Position numbers and translations under genes: made by a program | Shown: positions 49,234 to 58,394 of the stretch, one piece after another | Layout of the letters: the number at the start of each line of letters is the position of its first letter | How positions within the stretch are numbered: position 1 is the stretch's first letter | Notes under the pieces: generated by a model | Seen by the model: the letters and a program-made list of their open reading frames with translations, nothing else | The model's database searches: none | Told to the model about the DNA's origin: nothing | Origin: Verrucomicrobiia bacterium | GTDB taxonomy: Bacteria; Verrucomicrobiota; Verrucomicrobiia; Limisphaerales; UBA1319 | Reading direction: 5' to 3' | DNA: 64,000 nt | NCBI GenBank assembly: GCA_963664225.1 | Contig: OY760937.1 | Span: 448,001 to 512,000, forward strand

Positions 49234-51282
49234 TCACGCCTTGCGCAGACCCTTGGATTTGCGGGAACTCCCTCGCCCTTTCGGGTAGGTAACCGCCTGA
49301 GTTTTCAAATCTTGAACAGCAGAGCCTGTGCCGCGTTTCAATTCGCGAATTTGATCCCGCAAATGCGCCGCTTTTTCAAACTCCAGATTCGAGGCCGCCT
49401 CGAGCATTTCCTCCTCCAACTCCCTGAGCGTCTCCGTGACATCGAAATTGCCACCGGCGTCGTTAATCACCGAAACGGCCGCCGCATCGCTCCGCAACGG
49501 CGAAAGCCTCTCCTCGACAGGGCGGCTTACTCCATAAGGCGTGATGTTGTGCGCAAGATTGTATTCAATCTGCTTCTTGCGGCGATACTCCGTAACCGCC
49601 AGGAATTTCTCAATACTGCGGGTGCGGACGTCCGCATACAAAATAACCTCGCCATGCAAATGGCGCGCGGCCCGTCCCGCCGTCTGTATCAAGCTCGTCG
49701 CCGAACGCAGGTATCCTTCCTTGTCCGCGTCCAGTATCGCCACCAACGAGACTTCTGGAATGTCCAGCCCCTCCCGCAATAGATTAATGCCCACCAGCAC
49801 GTCAAACTCGCCCTTTCGAAGCGCCCGAAGTATCTCCACCCGCTCGATCACATCAATCTCGCTGTGGAGATAACGCACGTTAATTCCAATATCCCGGAGG
49901 TAATCGGTCAACTCCTCGGCGGTGCGCTTGGTCAGGGTGGTCACCAGCACGCGTTCCTTGGATTCGACACGTTTCCGGGCTTCGTTGATCAGATCGTCGA
50001 TCTGGCCCTTGAGCGGCTTGATCGTCACGGCTGGATCGATCAGGCCTGTGGGTCGCACGATTTGTTCAATCACACGGTCCTTGGACCAGCCCAGTTCGCG
50101 CTCGCTGGGCGTGGCGCTCACGTAAATGGTCTGCCCCTGCATCTGCTGAAATTCGTCGAAATTCAACGGCCGGTTGTCCAGCGCGCTGGGCAGGCGAAAA
50201 CCGAAATCGACGAGCACCTGTTTGCGGGAACGATCCCCCGCATACATCCCGCCGATTTGAGGCACCGTTGCGTGGGATTCGTCGATGACCAGCAGGTAGT
50301 CCTCGGGGAAGAAATCGATGAGATTGCAGGGTCTGGAACCCGGCGCGCGGCCGCTGATATGACGGGAATAGTTCTCGATGCCCGAGCAAAACCCCATTTC
50401 CAGCATCATCTCGAGATCGTATTCCGTGCGCATTTTGATGCGCTGCGCCTCGATGAGCTTGTTGTCTTTTTCCAACTGCGCGATCCGGTCGGTCATTTCC
50501 TCACGAATCGTGAGAGCGGCGCGCTTGAGTTTTTCCTGCGACGTCACGAATTGCTTGCCCGGGTAAATCGTCACCGCCTCAAGATTCTCAATAGTGTCCC
50601 CGGTCAAAGGCTCAAACCGGGTCAGCCGTTCGATCTGGTCCCCGAAAAACTCGAGCCGCACCGCATCCTCGCTATAGGCCAGACAGACTTCGACCGTGTC
50701 CCCGCGCACACGGAAATGGCCCCTCGAGAAATCGATATCGTTGCGATTGTATTGGAGGTCCACCAGGCGCAGCAGGAATTGGTCGCGTCCCATCTCCTGG
50801 TCCACATGCACGGGAATGACCATGGCCTCGTAGTCTTCCTTGCTGCCGGTGCCGTAAATGCAGGAAACGCTCGCCACCACGATCACGTCCCGCCGTGCAA
50901 AAAGCGAACTCATGGTCGAGAGCCGCAACCGCTCGATCTCCTCGTTTATGGCCGAATCCTTCTCGATAAAGGTATCCGTGCTCGGGATGTAGGCCTCAGG
51001 CTGATAATAATCGAAATAACTGACGAAATATTCGACCGCGTTCTTCGGGAAGAACCCCTTGAATTCGGAATAAAGCTGGGCCGCCAGGGTTTTGTTGTGA
51101 GAAATCACCAACGTCGGCCGCCCAATGTTCTGGATGACATTGGCAATCGTAAACGTCTTGCCGGAACCCGTCACGCCCAGCAGCGTTTGATGCTGGAACC
51201 CCTCCCGGATGCCCGCCGTCAACTGGGCGATCGCCTGAGGCTGGTCCCCCTGTGGAGGAAACGGCGCACACAACTCAAACAT
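49234..51282 (-). CDS. uvrB: Excinuclease ABC subunit B
   Basis: GDQPQAI, GVTGSGKT, YFVSYFDYYQPEAY, DESH, FRLPSALDNRPL, C-terminal UVR domain. Confidence 0.97.
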   Translation of the reverse strand: MFELCAPFPPQGDQPQAIAQLTAGIREGFQHQTLLGVTGSGKTFTIANVIQNIGRPTLVISHNKTLAAQLYSEFKGFFPKNAVEYFVSYFDYYQPEAYIPSTDTFIEKDSAINEEIERLRLSTMSSLFARRDVIVVASVSCIYGTGSKEDYEAMVIPVHVDQEMGRDQFLLRLVDLQYNRNDIDFSRGHFRVRGDTVEVCLAYSEDAVRLEFFGDQIERLTRFEPLTGDTIENLEAVTIYPGKQFVTSQEKLKRAALTIREEMTDRIAQLEKDNKLIEAQRIKMRTEYDLEMMLEMGFCSGIENYSRHISGRAPGSRPCNLIDFFPEDYLLVIDESHATVPQIGGMYAGDRSRKQVLVDFGFRLPSALDNRPLNFDEFQQMQGQTIYVSATPSERELGWSKDRVIEQIVRPTGLIDPAVTIKPLKGQIDDLINEARKRVESKERVLVTTLTKRTAEELTDYLRDIGINVRYLHSEIDVIERVEILRALRKGEFDVLVGINLLREGLDIPEVSLVAILDADKEGYLRSATSLIQTAGRAARHLHGEVILYADVRTRSIEKFLAVTEYRRKKQIEYNLAHNITPYGVSRPVEERLSPLRSDAAAVSVINDAGGNFDVTETLRELEEEMLEAASNLEFEKAAHLRDQIRELKRGTGSAVQDLKTQAVTYPKGRGSSRKSKGLRKA

Positions 51283-51377
51283 GGCCCAAATTTAGTGCGC
51301 TCCCCGCCAAATAACCACCCATTTTTCAAATCGTGTCCTGTGTCGGCGGTCCATGGACCTGTTCCCTGGTCGAATGG

Positions 51378-51578
51378 TCATTTGCGGCTGCGCTCGGCAA
51401 GGTAGTCCTCCAGAGGGCGGTATTGAAGCCGCTTGCGGCGGGCTTTCCTGAACCAGCCTGTGTCCTCCGCGTCCTCAACGCGCTCCAACAATTCTTCGTA
51501 ATCCTTGATGGGAAGGATGACGGAGACAGGCTTTCCTTTGCGCGTGACTATTTCCACTTCGGGCAGTGGCCTTTTCAT
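51378..51578 (-). CDS. Phd/YefM-like antitoxin (no adjacent toxin seen)
   Basis: IVTRKGKPVSVILPIKDYEELLERVEDAED pattern. Confidence 0.65.
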   Translation of the reverse strand: MKRPLPEVEIVTRKGKPVSVILPIKDYEELLERVEDAEDTGWFRKARRKRLQYRPLEDYLAERSRK

Positions 51579-51822
51579 GGCGGAAATCTCTCAGCCAATT
51601 GGTTTTGAGTAAATCTCACTTTGGTTTTGGTCTCCGCTTTGAAATGGGCGTTGTCCGCATTGGTGCTGGCTTTCGGCAACGAAATAGGTTCAAATCCAAG
51701 TTCTTTCGGACAACGTGGAGCCATTATGCGCGGGAAATATTTCGTGGTGTAATGGCCGTTTGCCTGGTGGCATTATGTCCATGCTTTGCTCTGGCAACAA
51801 CACACTGAATGAAGGCCATTAA

Positions 51823-52122
51823 ATGAGCGATGAGCCATTGCCAAAATCTGAAATAATTCTCTACCAGACGGAGGATGGCCGCACGCGCATCCAGTGCCGG
51901 TTCGAGAATGAGACGCTCTGGCTGACGCAGGCACAGATTGCGGAGCTTTTCCAGACCACCCCGCAGAACGTGACCCTGCATTTGAAAGCCATATATGCCG
52001 ATGGGGAATTAACCGAGGAGGCAACTTGTAAGGAATACTTACAAGTTCGTTCCGTTGACCAAATGTTTTCGTTTCAGCGTTGGTGTGGGAATTTGGAGAG
52101 AGAAAAATTCAACGCGCTATGA
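51823..52122 (+). pseudogene. Truncated virulence RhuM-family protein (N-terminal fragment)
   Basis: IILYQTEDG...ETLWLTQAQIAELF...HLKAIY.DGEL..EATCKEYLQVR, after which similarity stops. Confidence 0.7.
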
Positions 52123-52361
52123 AGAAACTCATGAAAAGGGATCGGATTCCGCCTCCTTACTCCTCCGCGCTGGCGTTTGGGATCGTGGCGTTGGGCGGTT
52201 TAATCCTTGAAATCTGCTTCCGCAGCGTCGGCTTTCTCGGATTGGGGATAATCCTTGGTGGAGGGCTTGCTTTGATGCTTAAATCTGCGGCTGAGGCATC
52301 GGACAGGGAGATTTGGCAGCATTTGCGCTGGCTCATCGGTCGGTCAGGCCCAAAGCGATGA
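52119..52361 (+). CDS. Small hypothetical membrane protein
   Basis: Two hydrophobic helices; ATGA overlap with the preceding ORF. Confidence 0.4.
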   Translation: MKKLMKRDRIPPPYSSALAFGIVALGGLILEICFRSVGFLGLGIILGGGLALMLKSAAEASDREIWQHLRWLIGRSGPKR

Positions 52362-52537
52362 AGCCATACTGGCTAGGTGCCAGGACGTTCCTTGCCTACA
52401 TTGCGATGGCAATGCCAGGGTATTGCTTCCTCGGCAGGCTGGAATGAGTTTGCATAAACAGCACTGGATCAGGAGCCATTTTACGGCAACCATTTAAATT
52501 CGGAACCGTAACTACTATGGGTTGAACTCTCTACAAT

Positions 52538-52858
52538 TTAGCCCGATTTGGATTTTCCAGGGTTATTCCGTTGACCGCTTTGCTTCGAAATCGGTCGTTT
52601 TTTCTTTTTACTCACGCCGTCAACATCGTCCATCTCCTCAAGAAAAGCACAAAACCCATCAAGTTGCCGCACGCTGACGTAAAACAGAGCGTTGGTTGCT
52701 AGTTTCAGCAATCCTCGTTCATACGTTCGGGCCGGAAAACCACTTCTGATCTTATTAATTAATGTTGTTCCATTGCCCAATTCTTTAAAAAGCTCAACCC
52801 TCGCGTTAGCGTCGGCCAGTGCTTCCTGTGCTTTTTTCAAGTTTGTTTTCGATTTCAT
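52538..52858 (-). CDS. Hypothetical protein (AT-rich)
   Basis: 106-aa ORF with ATG start in a low-GC patch. Confidence 0.45.
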   Translation of the reverse strand: MKSKTNLKKAQEALADANARVELFKELGNGTTLINKIRSGFPARTYERGLLKLATNALFYVSVRQLDGFCAFLEEMDDVDGVSKKKKRPISKQSGQRNNPGKSKSG

Positions 52859-53012
52859 ATCTAAAACGCAACAATTGGAAAACTGTTGATCGGTTCACCC
52901 CCTCGTTTTGAATGCTTTTCATCTTCTGTTTGGTTCTTAGCCCGATCACCAGAACCGTGCCCGCCACGATCGCGCCCATTTCCCCGTCGCCCGTTGTTTC
53001 TTACCACAAAAT

Positions 53013-53043
53013 ATTGTCAATTGTCAATTATCCATTATCCATT
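53013..53043. repeat. Heptamer tandem repeat
   Basis: ATTGTCA ATTGTCA ATTATCC ATTATCC ATT. Confidence 0.7.
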
Positions 53044-53126
53044 TCCTCAGGCCTCCGTCTTCCTCCTTTTCCCTCCTTTACGGTTGAAGTGCTGGCGATT
53101 TGCGTGAATATTGGCCATCTAAAGTT

Positions 53127-55220
53127 ATGAAACGCTGCCTGAAATCTCTTGCCGGTCGGGCCCTGACCGCCCTGGCTTTTGGCCTTTGTCTCACCAACAT
53201 GAACGCGAATGAAGGAATGTGGCTCTACACCAACCCGCCCAAGGCGGCGCTGAAGGATAAATACGGGTTCGATCCCGATCCGTCCTGGTACGATCACCTC
53301 CAAAAATCCTCCGTTCGATTCAACAGCGGCGGCTCCGGTGAATTCGTCTCCGCGGACGGTCTGATTCTCTCCAATCATCATGTGGGTGCGGACGCACTTC
53401 AAAAATTCGGCGATGAGCAGCACAATTATCTGCGGGATGGGTTTTATGCCCGCACGCACGAGGAGGAGAAGCGCTGCCTGGATCTGGAATTGAACGTCCT
53501 GATGAGCATTGAGGACGTCACGGCTCGTGTGAACGCCGCCGTCAAGGCCGAAATGGCGCCCGCCGAGGCCTTTGCCGCCCGGCGCTCGATCATGGGGGAA
53601 ATCGAAAAGGAATCCCTCGATAAAACCGGCTTCCGCAGCGATGTCGTGACGCTCTACCAGGGCGGTCAATACCACCTGTATCGTTTCAAGCGTTACACCG
53701 ATGTCCGGCTCGTCTTCGCCCCGGAACAGCAAATCGCCTTCTTCGGTGGGGACCCTGATAATTTCGAATATCCCCGGTTCGATCTCGATATCTGCCTTTT
53801 CCGCGCCTACGAAAATGGCAAGCCCGCACAGGTCGCCAATTACTTGAAATGGAGCACCAAAGGCGTTTCCGATGGCGACCTGGTGTTCGTGTCCGGCCAT
53901 CCCGGCCACACCAGCCGGTTGCTCACCATGGCCGAATTGGAATACCAGCGGGATGTTCGCATGCCTTACGCCTTGAACTGGCTCCATCGTCTCGAAGTCC
54001 TTCTCACCGCCTATAGCGCGCGCAGCGAGGAAAATGACCGGCGTTCCAGGGACCTTCTGTTCGGCATTCAAAACAGCCGCAAAGCCCGCACCGGCATGGA
54101 GGCTGGCCTGATGGATCCTGTGTTGATGGCCCAGAAGAAAGCCAACGAAGCCAAACTGCGCGAAACGGTTTCCAAAAAACCGGAGCTAAAGGGCGCCATG
54201 GATGCCTGGGATCGCATTGCGGAGGCGCAGAAGGTCATTCACGAAAGCGCCACCACGTATAACCTGCTCGAAGGGGGACAGGCCTTTAACAGCACCCTCT
54301 TTGGAATCGGACGCACCCTGTTGCGCGCCGGTGAGGAACGTCCCAAGCCCAGTGGCGATCGCCTGCGTGAGTTCCGCGATTCCGCCCGCGAATCGCTGGA
54401 GCTGGAGCTGTTCTCCGAGGAACCGCTCTATGACGACTTTGAGCAGCTCAAGCTCGCCGATTCTCTGACCTTCCTGGCCGAGCAACTCGGTTTCGAGAAT
54501 CCCATCGTTCAAACCGTTCTGGCGGGCAAATCCCCGCGTCAGCGCGCCTCCGAATTGGTTTTGGGCACCAAGCTCAAGGATGCCGCCCTGCGCCGCAAAC
54601 TTTATGAGGGTGGCTCTGCGGCGGTGGCTGCGGCCAAAGACCCCATGATCGAACTCGCCATGTTGGTCGATTCCCAGGCCCGCGCGCTGCGGAAAATCAT
54701 GGAAAACCAGGACGAAATCAAACGCCAGGCCTACGCGAAAATTGCGGATGCCAAGTTTGCGATCGAGGGCGCCAGTTCCTATCCCGACGCCACGTTCACG
54801 CTGCGTCTGGCCTTTGGCGAGGTGAAGGGCTTCACGGAAAATGGTGTGGCCATTCCTTTTCAGACAACTCTGGCGGGCCTTTATCAACGTTCCGCCGAGC
54901 ACAAGAACGCCGCCCCGTTCGATCTGCCCCAGCGTTGGATCGACCGCAAGTCCAGCCTCGATCTGACCACGCCGTTTAACTTCATTTCCACGGCGGACAT
55001 CATCGGCGGCAATTCCGGCAGTCCCGTCGTCAATCGGGCAGGGGAGTTCGTCGGTATTATTTTCGACGGCAACATTCAATCCCTGGTTCTGGATTACGTT
55101 TACACCGAGGAACAGGCCCGGGCCGTCTCCGTCAACTCGCAATCGATCATCGAAGCCTTGAGAAAAGTCTATGACGCACCGGCTCTGGCCGATGAGTTGC
55201 TGGGTAATAGCGGGAAATAA
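53127..55220 (+). CDS. S46 family dipeptidyl peptidase (DPP7-type)
   Basis: NEGMW, SNHHV, FFGGDPDNFEYPR, DIIGGNSGSPV, FDGN (Gly at the S1 position as in DPP7); start placed at ATG 53127. Confidence 0.92.
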   Translation: MKRCLKSLAGRALTALAFGLCLTNMNANEGMWLYTNPPKAALKDKYGFDPDPSWYDHLQKSSVRFNSGGSGEFVSADGLILSNHHVGADALQKFGDEQHNYLRDGFYARTHEEEKRCLDLELNVLMSIEDVTARVNAAVKAEMAPAEAFAARRSIMGEIEKESLDKTGFRSDVVTLYQGGQYHLYRFKRYTDVRLVFAPEQQIAFFGGDPDNFEYPRFDLDICLFRAYENGKPAQVANYLKWSTKGVSDGDLVFVSGHPGHTSRLLTMAELEYQRDVRMPYALNWLHRLEVLLTAYSARSEENDRRSRDLLFGIQNSRKARTGMEAGLMDPVLMAQKKANEAKLRETVSKKPELKGAMDAWDRIAEAQKVIHESATTYNLLEGGQAFNSTLFGIGRTLLRAGEERPKPSGDRLREFRDSARESLELELFSEEPLYDDFEQLKLADSLTFLAEQLGFENPIVQTVLAGKSPRQRASELVLGTKLKDAALRRKLYEGGSAAVAAAKDPMIELAMLVDSQARALRKIMENQDEIKRQAYAKIADAKFAIEGASSYPDATFTLRLAFGEVKGFTENGVAIPFQTTLAGLYQRSAEHKNAAPFDLPQRWIDRKSSLDLTTPFNFISTADIIGGNSGSPVVNRAGEFVGIIFDGNIQSLVLDYVYTEEQARAVSVNSQSIIEALRKVYDAPALADELLGNSGK

Positions 55221-55224
55221 CAGG

Positions 55225-57561
55225 ATGAAAATCATCAAGGCGCTCTCCCAATGGGCAGGGACGGTTTTCATTTGTCTGATCGCCCAGGCGGTTGTTCACG
55301 CCGCGGCGGATCCGCGAAAAAGCATCCAGAACGAGTTCGTAAAGGTCACTTACGATCCTCAAACCCAGCGTTTCGTTCTGTCCGATAAAGTCACCGGTAT
55401 CATTTTTGCCTCGGATGGCTATATCGTCGGCGCGCAGGGGATCCCGAAGATCGTGCCAGTCAAAGATCCCATTTTTGGCCAGGGCCAGGCCATTGAGATC
55501 ACCGGCTCCCGGGAGATTCAGGGTCGGCTCATGGTTTTTCCAAAACTGCCTTTTGCGTTGATTAAGGGGGTTCTCTGCAATCCCACGATCGATCCCATCA
55601 CTCTGAACAAGGTATCGCTCGCCGCAATGCGCATTAATCTGGGTCGTCCGGCTGGCGACTTGAAAACCTTCGGCACAGGCGGGCTCAAGTCGCCGGATAC
55701 CAATTCCGGCAGTTACACCTGGCAGGTCGTTGTGGACCCCGAAACGCGCCGTGGCGTTGTCAGTGGGTGGCTCACCCAGGATCGCGCCAGCGGCGTGTTC
55801 TTTACACCGGTGGAAAACAACCAGGTCGGTTTGCAGGCCCAGGCCCAGTATGGCCGGCTGCGTCTTGAAGGCGGCGCCAGCGCTCCATCGGAGACTCTGG
55901 CCATCGGTTTCTTTCAAGATGCGCGTTTGGGCCTTGAAACCTGGGCCGATACCATAGCCCGCGTTTACACCATCCACCTGCCCAAGCAGCCCACCGGATA
56001 TTGCACCTGGTATGCCGAAAAGCATGGCGGATCGTCCGACGAAAAATCCCTCCGCGAATTGGCCGACTTTGCCGCCACCAATCTCAAACCCTATGGGTTC
56101 AACTTGGTCCAGATCGATGACGGCTGGCAGGCGGGCGACAGCCAGAAAAACGGTCCCAACAAAAATTTCACCCAGCACAATCCCAAAGGGCCGTATCCCG
56201 GCGGAATGAAGGCCACCGCGGATCATATTCGCGATTTGGGAATGACCGCGGGCATCTGGTTCATGCCATTCGCGGGCACCTATAACGATCCCTGGTTCAA
56301 GGACCATCAGGATTGGTTTGTCAAACATGCCGACGGCACTCCCTACAACACGGAGTGGGGTGGCACCTGCATGGACATGACCCATCCCGGCGCGCGCCAA
56401 TATCTCAGCAATTACGTCCAGCGCATCACGCGGGATTGGGGCTATCGCTACATCAAAATCGACGGTCTTTACACCGGCACCGGCACCCAGCAGGTCTATG
56501 TCAACGATGCCTATCGCGAGGACGGCATGGGCGACGCGGTCTTCTCCGATCCCCACAAAAGCAACATCGAGGCTTTCCGGAGCGGTTTGAAACTGGTGCG
56601 CCAGGCGGCCGATCCCGCCACCTTCATCCTCGGCTGCTGTGTCCCTCAAAACATGCGCTCCTACGGTGGCGCGTTCGGCCTCGTGGACGCCATGCGCATC
56701 GGGCCGGACAATTCCGGCAGTTGGAAAGGCTGGTATGGTCCAAGCCCGATTTTTGGCACCCGCAATTATTTCCTCAACGGCCGTGTCTGGTACAATGATC
56801 CCGATCCCGGCTACGCCCGCGCGGGCATCGGCCTCGAACAGGTGAAGTTGATTTTCTCCTGGATGGCGATCTCCGGGGGATTGAACACCAGCAGCGATTG
56901 GCTCCCCGGATTGACCCCGGACCGCCTCGAAGTTCTAAAGCGCACCATGCCCTCGCATGGCCTGTTTGCACGCCCCGTCGATTTATTTGAGAACGAACCC
57001 GCCCGCATGTGGCTGCTCACAGACAAGCGTCAGGCCGCGCGCCGCGATATCGTTGCCATGTATAACTGGCGGGACACCCAGGCCGTCGTCAACGTCTCCC
57101 TGCCGCGCATCGGTCTCACGGAAAGTGACGATTATGTCGCCTTTGATTTTTGGGCCAACATCCTGCTTCCGAACATCCGGGGCCGCCTGCAATGCAACGT
57201 CCCTGCCGATTCCTGCCGGATTCTTGCAATGCGCCCCGTCTCGGATCATCCCCAACTCATCAGCACCTCGCGTCATGTCACCCAGGGAATGGTCGATGTC
57301 ACCGAAGAAAAATGGTCTCCACTGGGCAAATCCCTGAGCGCGCGCAGCCAGGTCGTTGGGAACGATCCCTATGAACTGCGCATTGTCACCGAGGGCAGGG
57401 GAGTCGCATGGACCATCAAATCCGTTCAAATCTCCGCAGCGGACAAGGCGGCGGGTGTGACGGCCGATTTCCAACAAACCGACGATCTGGCCCGAATCAC
57501 CATTCACTCCCAGGACTCCCGCACCGTGTCCTGGAAACTCCAGTTCACCGCCGCCAAATAG
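55225..57561 (+). CDS. Alpha-galactosidase-like glycoside hydrolase (clan D, GH36/GH27)
   Basis: GYCTWY, QIDDGWQ, YIKIDG nucleophile, MRIGPD acid/base, NDPD; signal peptide from ATG 55225. Confidence 0.85.
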   Translation: MKIIKALSQWAGTVFICLIAQAVVHAAADPRKSIQNEFVKVTYDPQTQRFVLSDKVTGIIFASDGYIVGAQGIPKIVPVKDPIFGQGQAIEITGSREIQGRLMVFPKLPFALIKGVLCNPTIDPITLNKVSLAAMRINLGRPAGDLKTFGTGGLKSPDTNSGSYTWQVVVDPETRRGVVSGWLTQDRASGVFFTPVENNQVGLQAQAQYGRLRLEGGASAPSETLAIGFFQDARLGLETWADTIARVYTIHLPKQPTGYCTWYAEKHGGSSDEKSLRELADFAATNLKPYGFNLVQIDDGWQAGDSQKNGPNKNFTQHNPKGPYPGGMKATADHIRDLGMTAGIWFMPFAGTYNDPWFKDHQDWFVKHADGTPYNTEWGGTCMDMTHPGARQYLSNYVQRITRDWGYRYIKIDGLYTGTGTQQVYVNDAYREDGMGDAVFSDPHKSNIEAFRSGLKLVRQAADPATFILGCCVPQNMRSYGGAFGLVDAMRIGPDNSGSWKGWYGPSPIFGTRNYFLNGRVWYNDPDPGYARAGIGLEQVKLIFSWMAISGGLNTSSDWLPGLTPDRLEVLKRTMPSHGLFARPVDLFENEPARMWLLTDKRQAARRDIVAMYNWRDTQAVVNVSLPRIGLTESDDYVAFDFWANILLPNIRGRLQCNVPADSCRILAMRPVSDHPQLISTSRHVTQGMVDVTEEKWSPLGKSLSARSQVVGNDPYELRIVTEGRGVAWTIKSVQISAADKAAGVTADFQQTDDLARITIHSQDSRTVSWKLQFTAAK

Positions 57562-57575
57562 CCACTGCTCCCATT

Positions 57576-58265
57576 GCGCCGGTCTTCGGACCGGCTTTCT
57601 AAAACACCGGGCGCATCCCTTCCAGTATCGCAGTCGGTGCGCCGGTCTCCAGACCGGCTTACGGTATGCGTGAATCTAACGTTTTCAAATGCGCCGCGAA
57701 CCCCGCATGCCGCTGTTTTCGGTGCTCCGGTCTCCAGACCGGCTTACGGTATTCGTGAATCCAACGTTTTCAAATCCGCCCCGATCCCCGCATGACGCTG
57801 TCCCCGTTGCGCCGGTCTCCGGACCGGCTTACGGCATTCGTGAATCCAACGTTTTCAAATCCGCCCCGAACCCCGCATGCCGCTGTTTTCGGTGCGCCGG
57901 TCTCCGGACCGGCTTACGGTATTTGTGAATCCAACGTTATCAAATGCGCCGCGAACCCCGCACGCTGCTGTCCCCGGAGCGCCGGTCTCCAGACCGGCTT
58001 ACGGTATTCGTGAATCCAACGTTTTCAAATGCGCCGCGAACCCCGCACGCCGCTGTCCCCCGGAGCGCCGGTCTCCAGACCGGCTTACGGTATTCGTGAA
58101 TCCAACGTTTCCAAATGCGCCGCGAACCCCGCACGCCGCTGTATCCGGTGCGCCGGTATCCAGACCGGCTTACGGCATTCGTGAATCCAACGTTTTCAAA
58201 TCCGCCGCGAACCCCGCATGACGCTGTCCCCGGAGTGCCGGTCTCCAGACCGCCTTTCTAAAACA
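57576..58265. repeat. Tandem array of 85-bp units, each carrying a REP-like palindrome (BIME-like)
   Basis: GCGCCGGTCTCCAGACCGGC-type hairpins start at 57576, 57639, 57724, 57809, 57894, 57979, 58065, 58150 and 58235; linkers between copies 2-9 are near-identical. Confidence 0.95.
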
Positions 58266-58276
58266 TCCTGACCGGC

Positions 58277-58372
58277 TACCCGGAACGGGTTGCAATCACT
58301 CAGCCCCGGGTTGGCCGCCGGGGCCTACCCGGGGTAATCGCCCCCTGAAATTCCCAACACTGTAAGTGTTGA
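58277..58372. repeat. Second REP-like multi-hairpin element, interrupted by the IS
   Basis: Hairpins ACCCG-GAA-CGGGT(TG), CCCCGGGT...ACCCGGGG and CAACAC-TGTAA-GTGTTG. Confidence 0.6.
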
Positions 58373-58394
58373 CTGGAGTTTGGCCCCCTTACGA

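Noticed and set aside
49864..51405. 513-aa plus-strand ORF, and similar long antisense ORFs (31423-32772, 30101-31387, 55147-56649, 24608-25777, 15267-16322)
   Set aside because: Shadow ORFs opposite well-supported genes, expected from GC-rich codon bias; no recognisable motifs
57574..58221. Short ORFs across the tandem array
   Set aside because: They are translations of an 85-bp (non-triplet) repeat that shifts frame in each unit
57576..58265. CRISPR array
   Set aside because: The ~65-bp spacers are near-identical to each other rather than unique, and no cas genes are in the window
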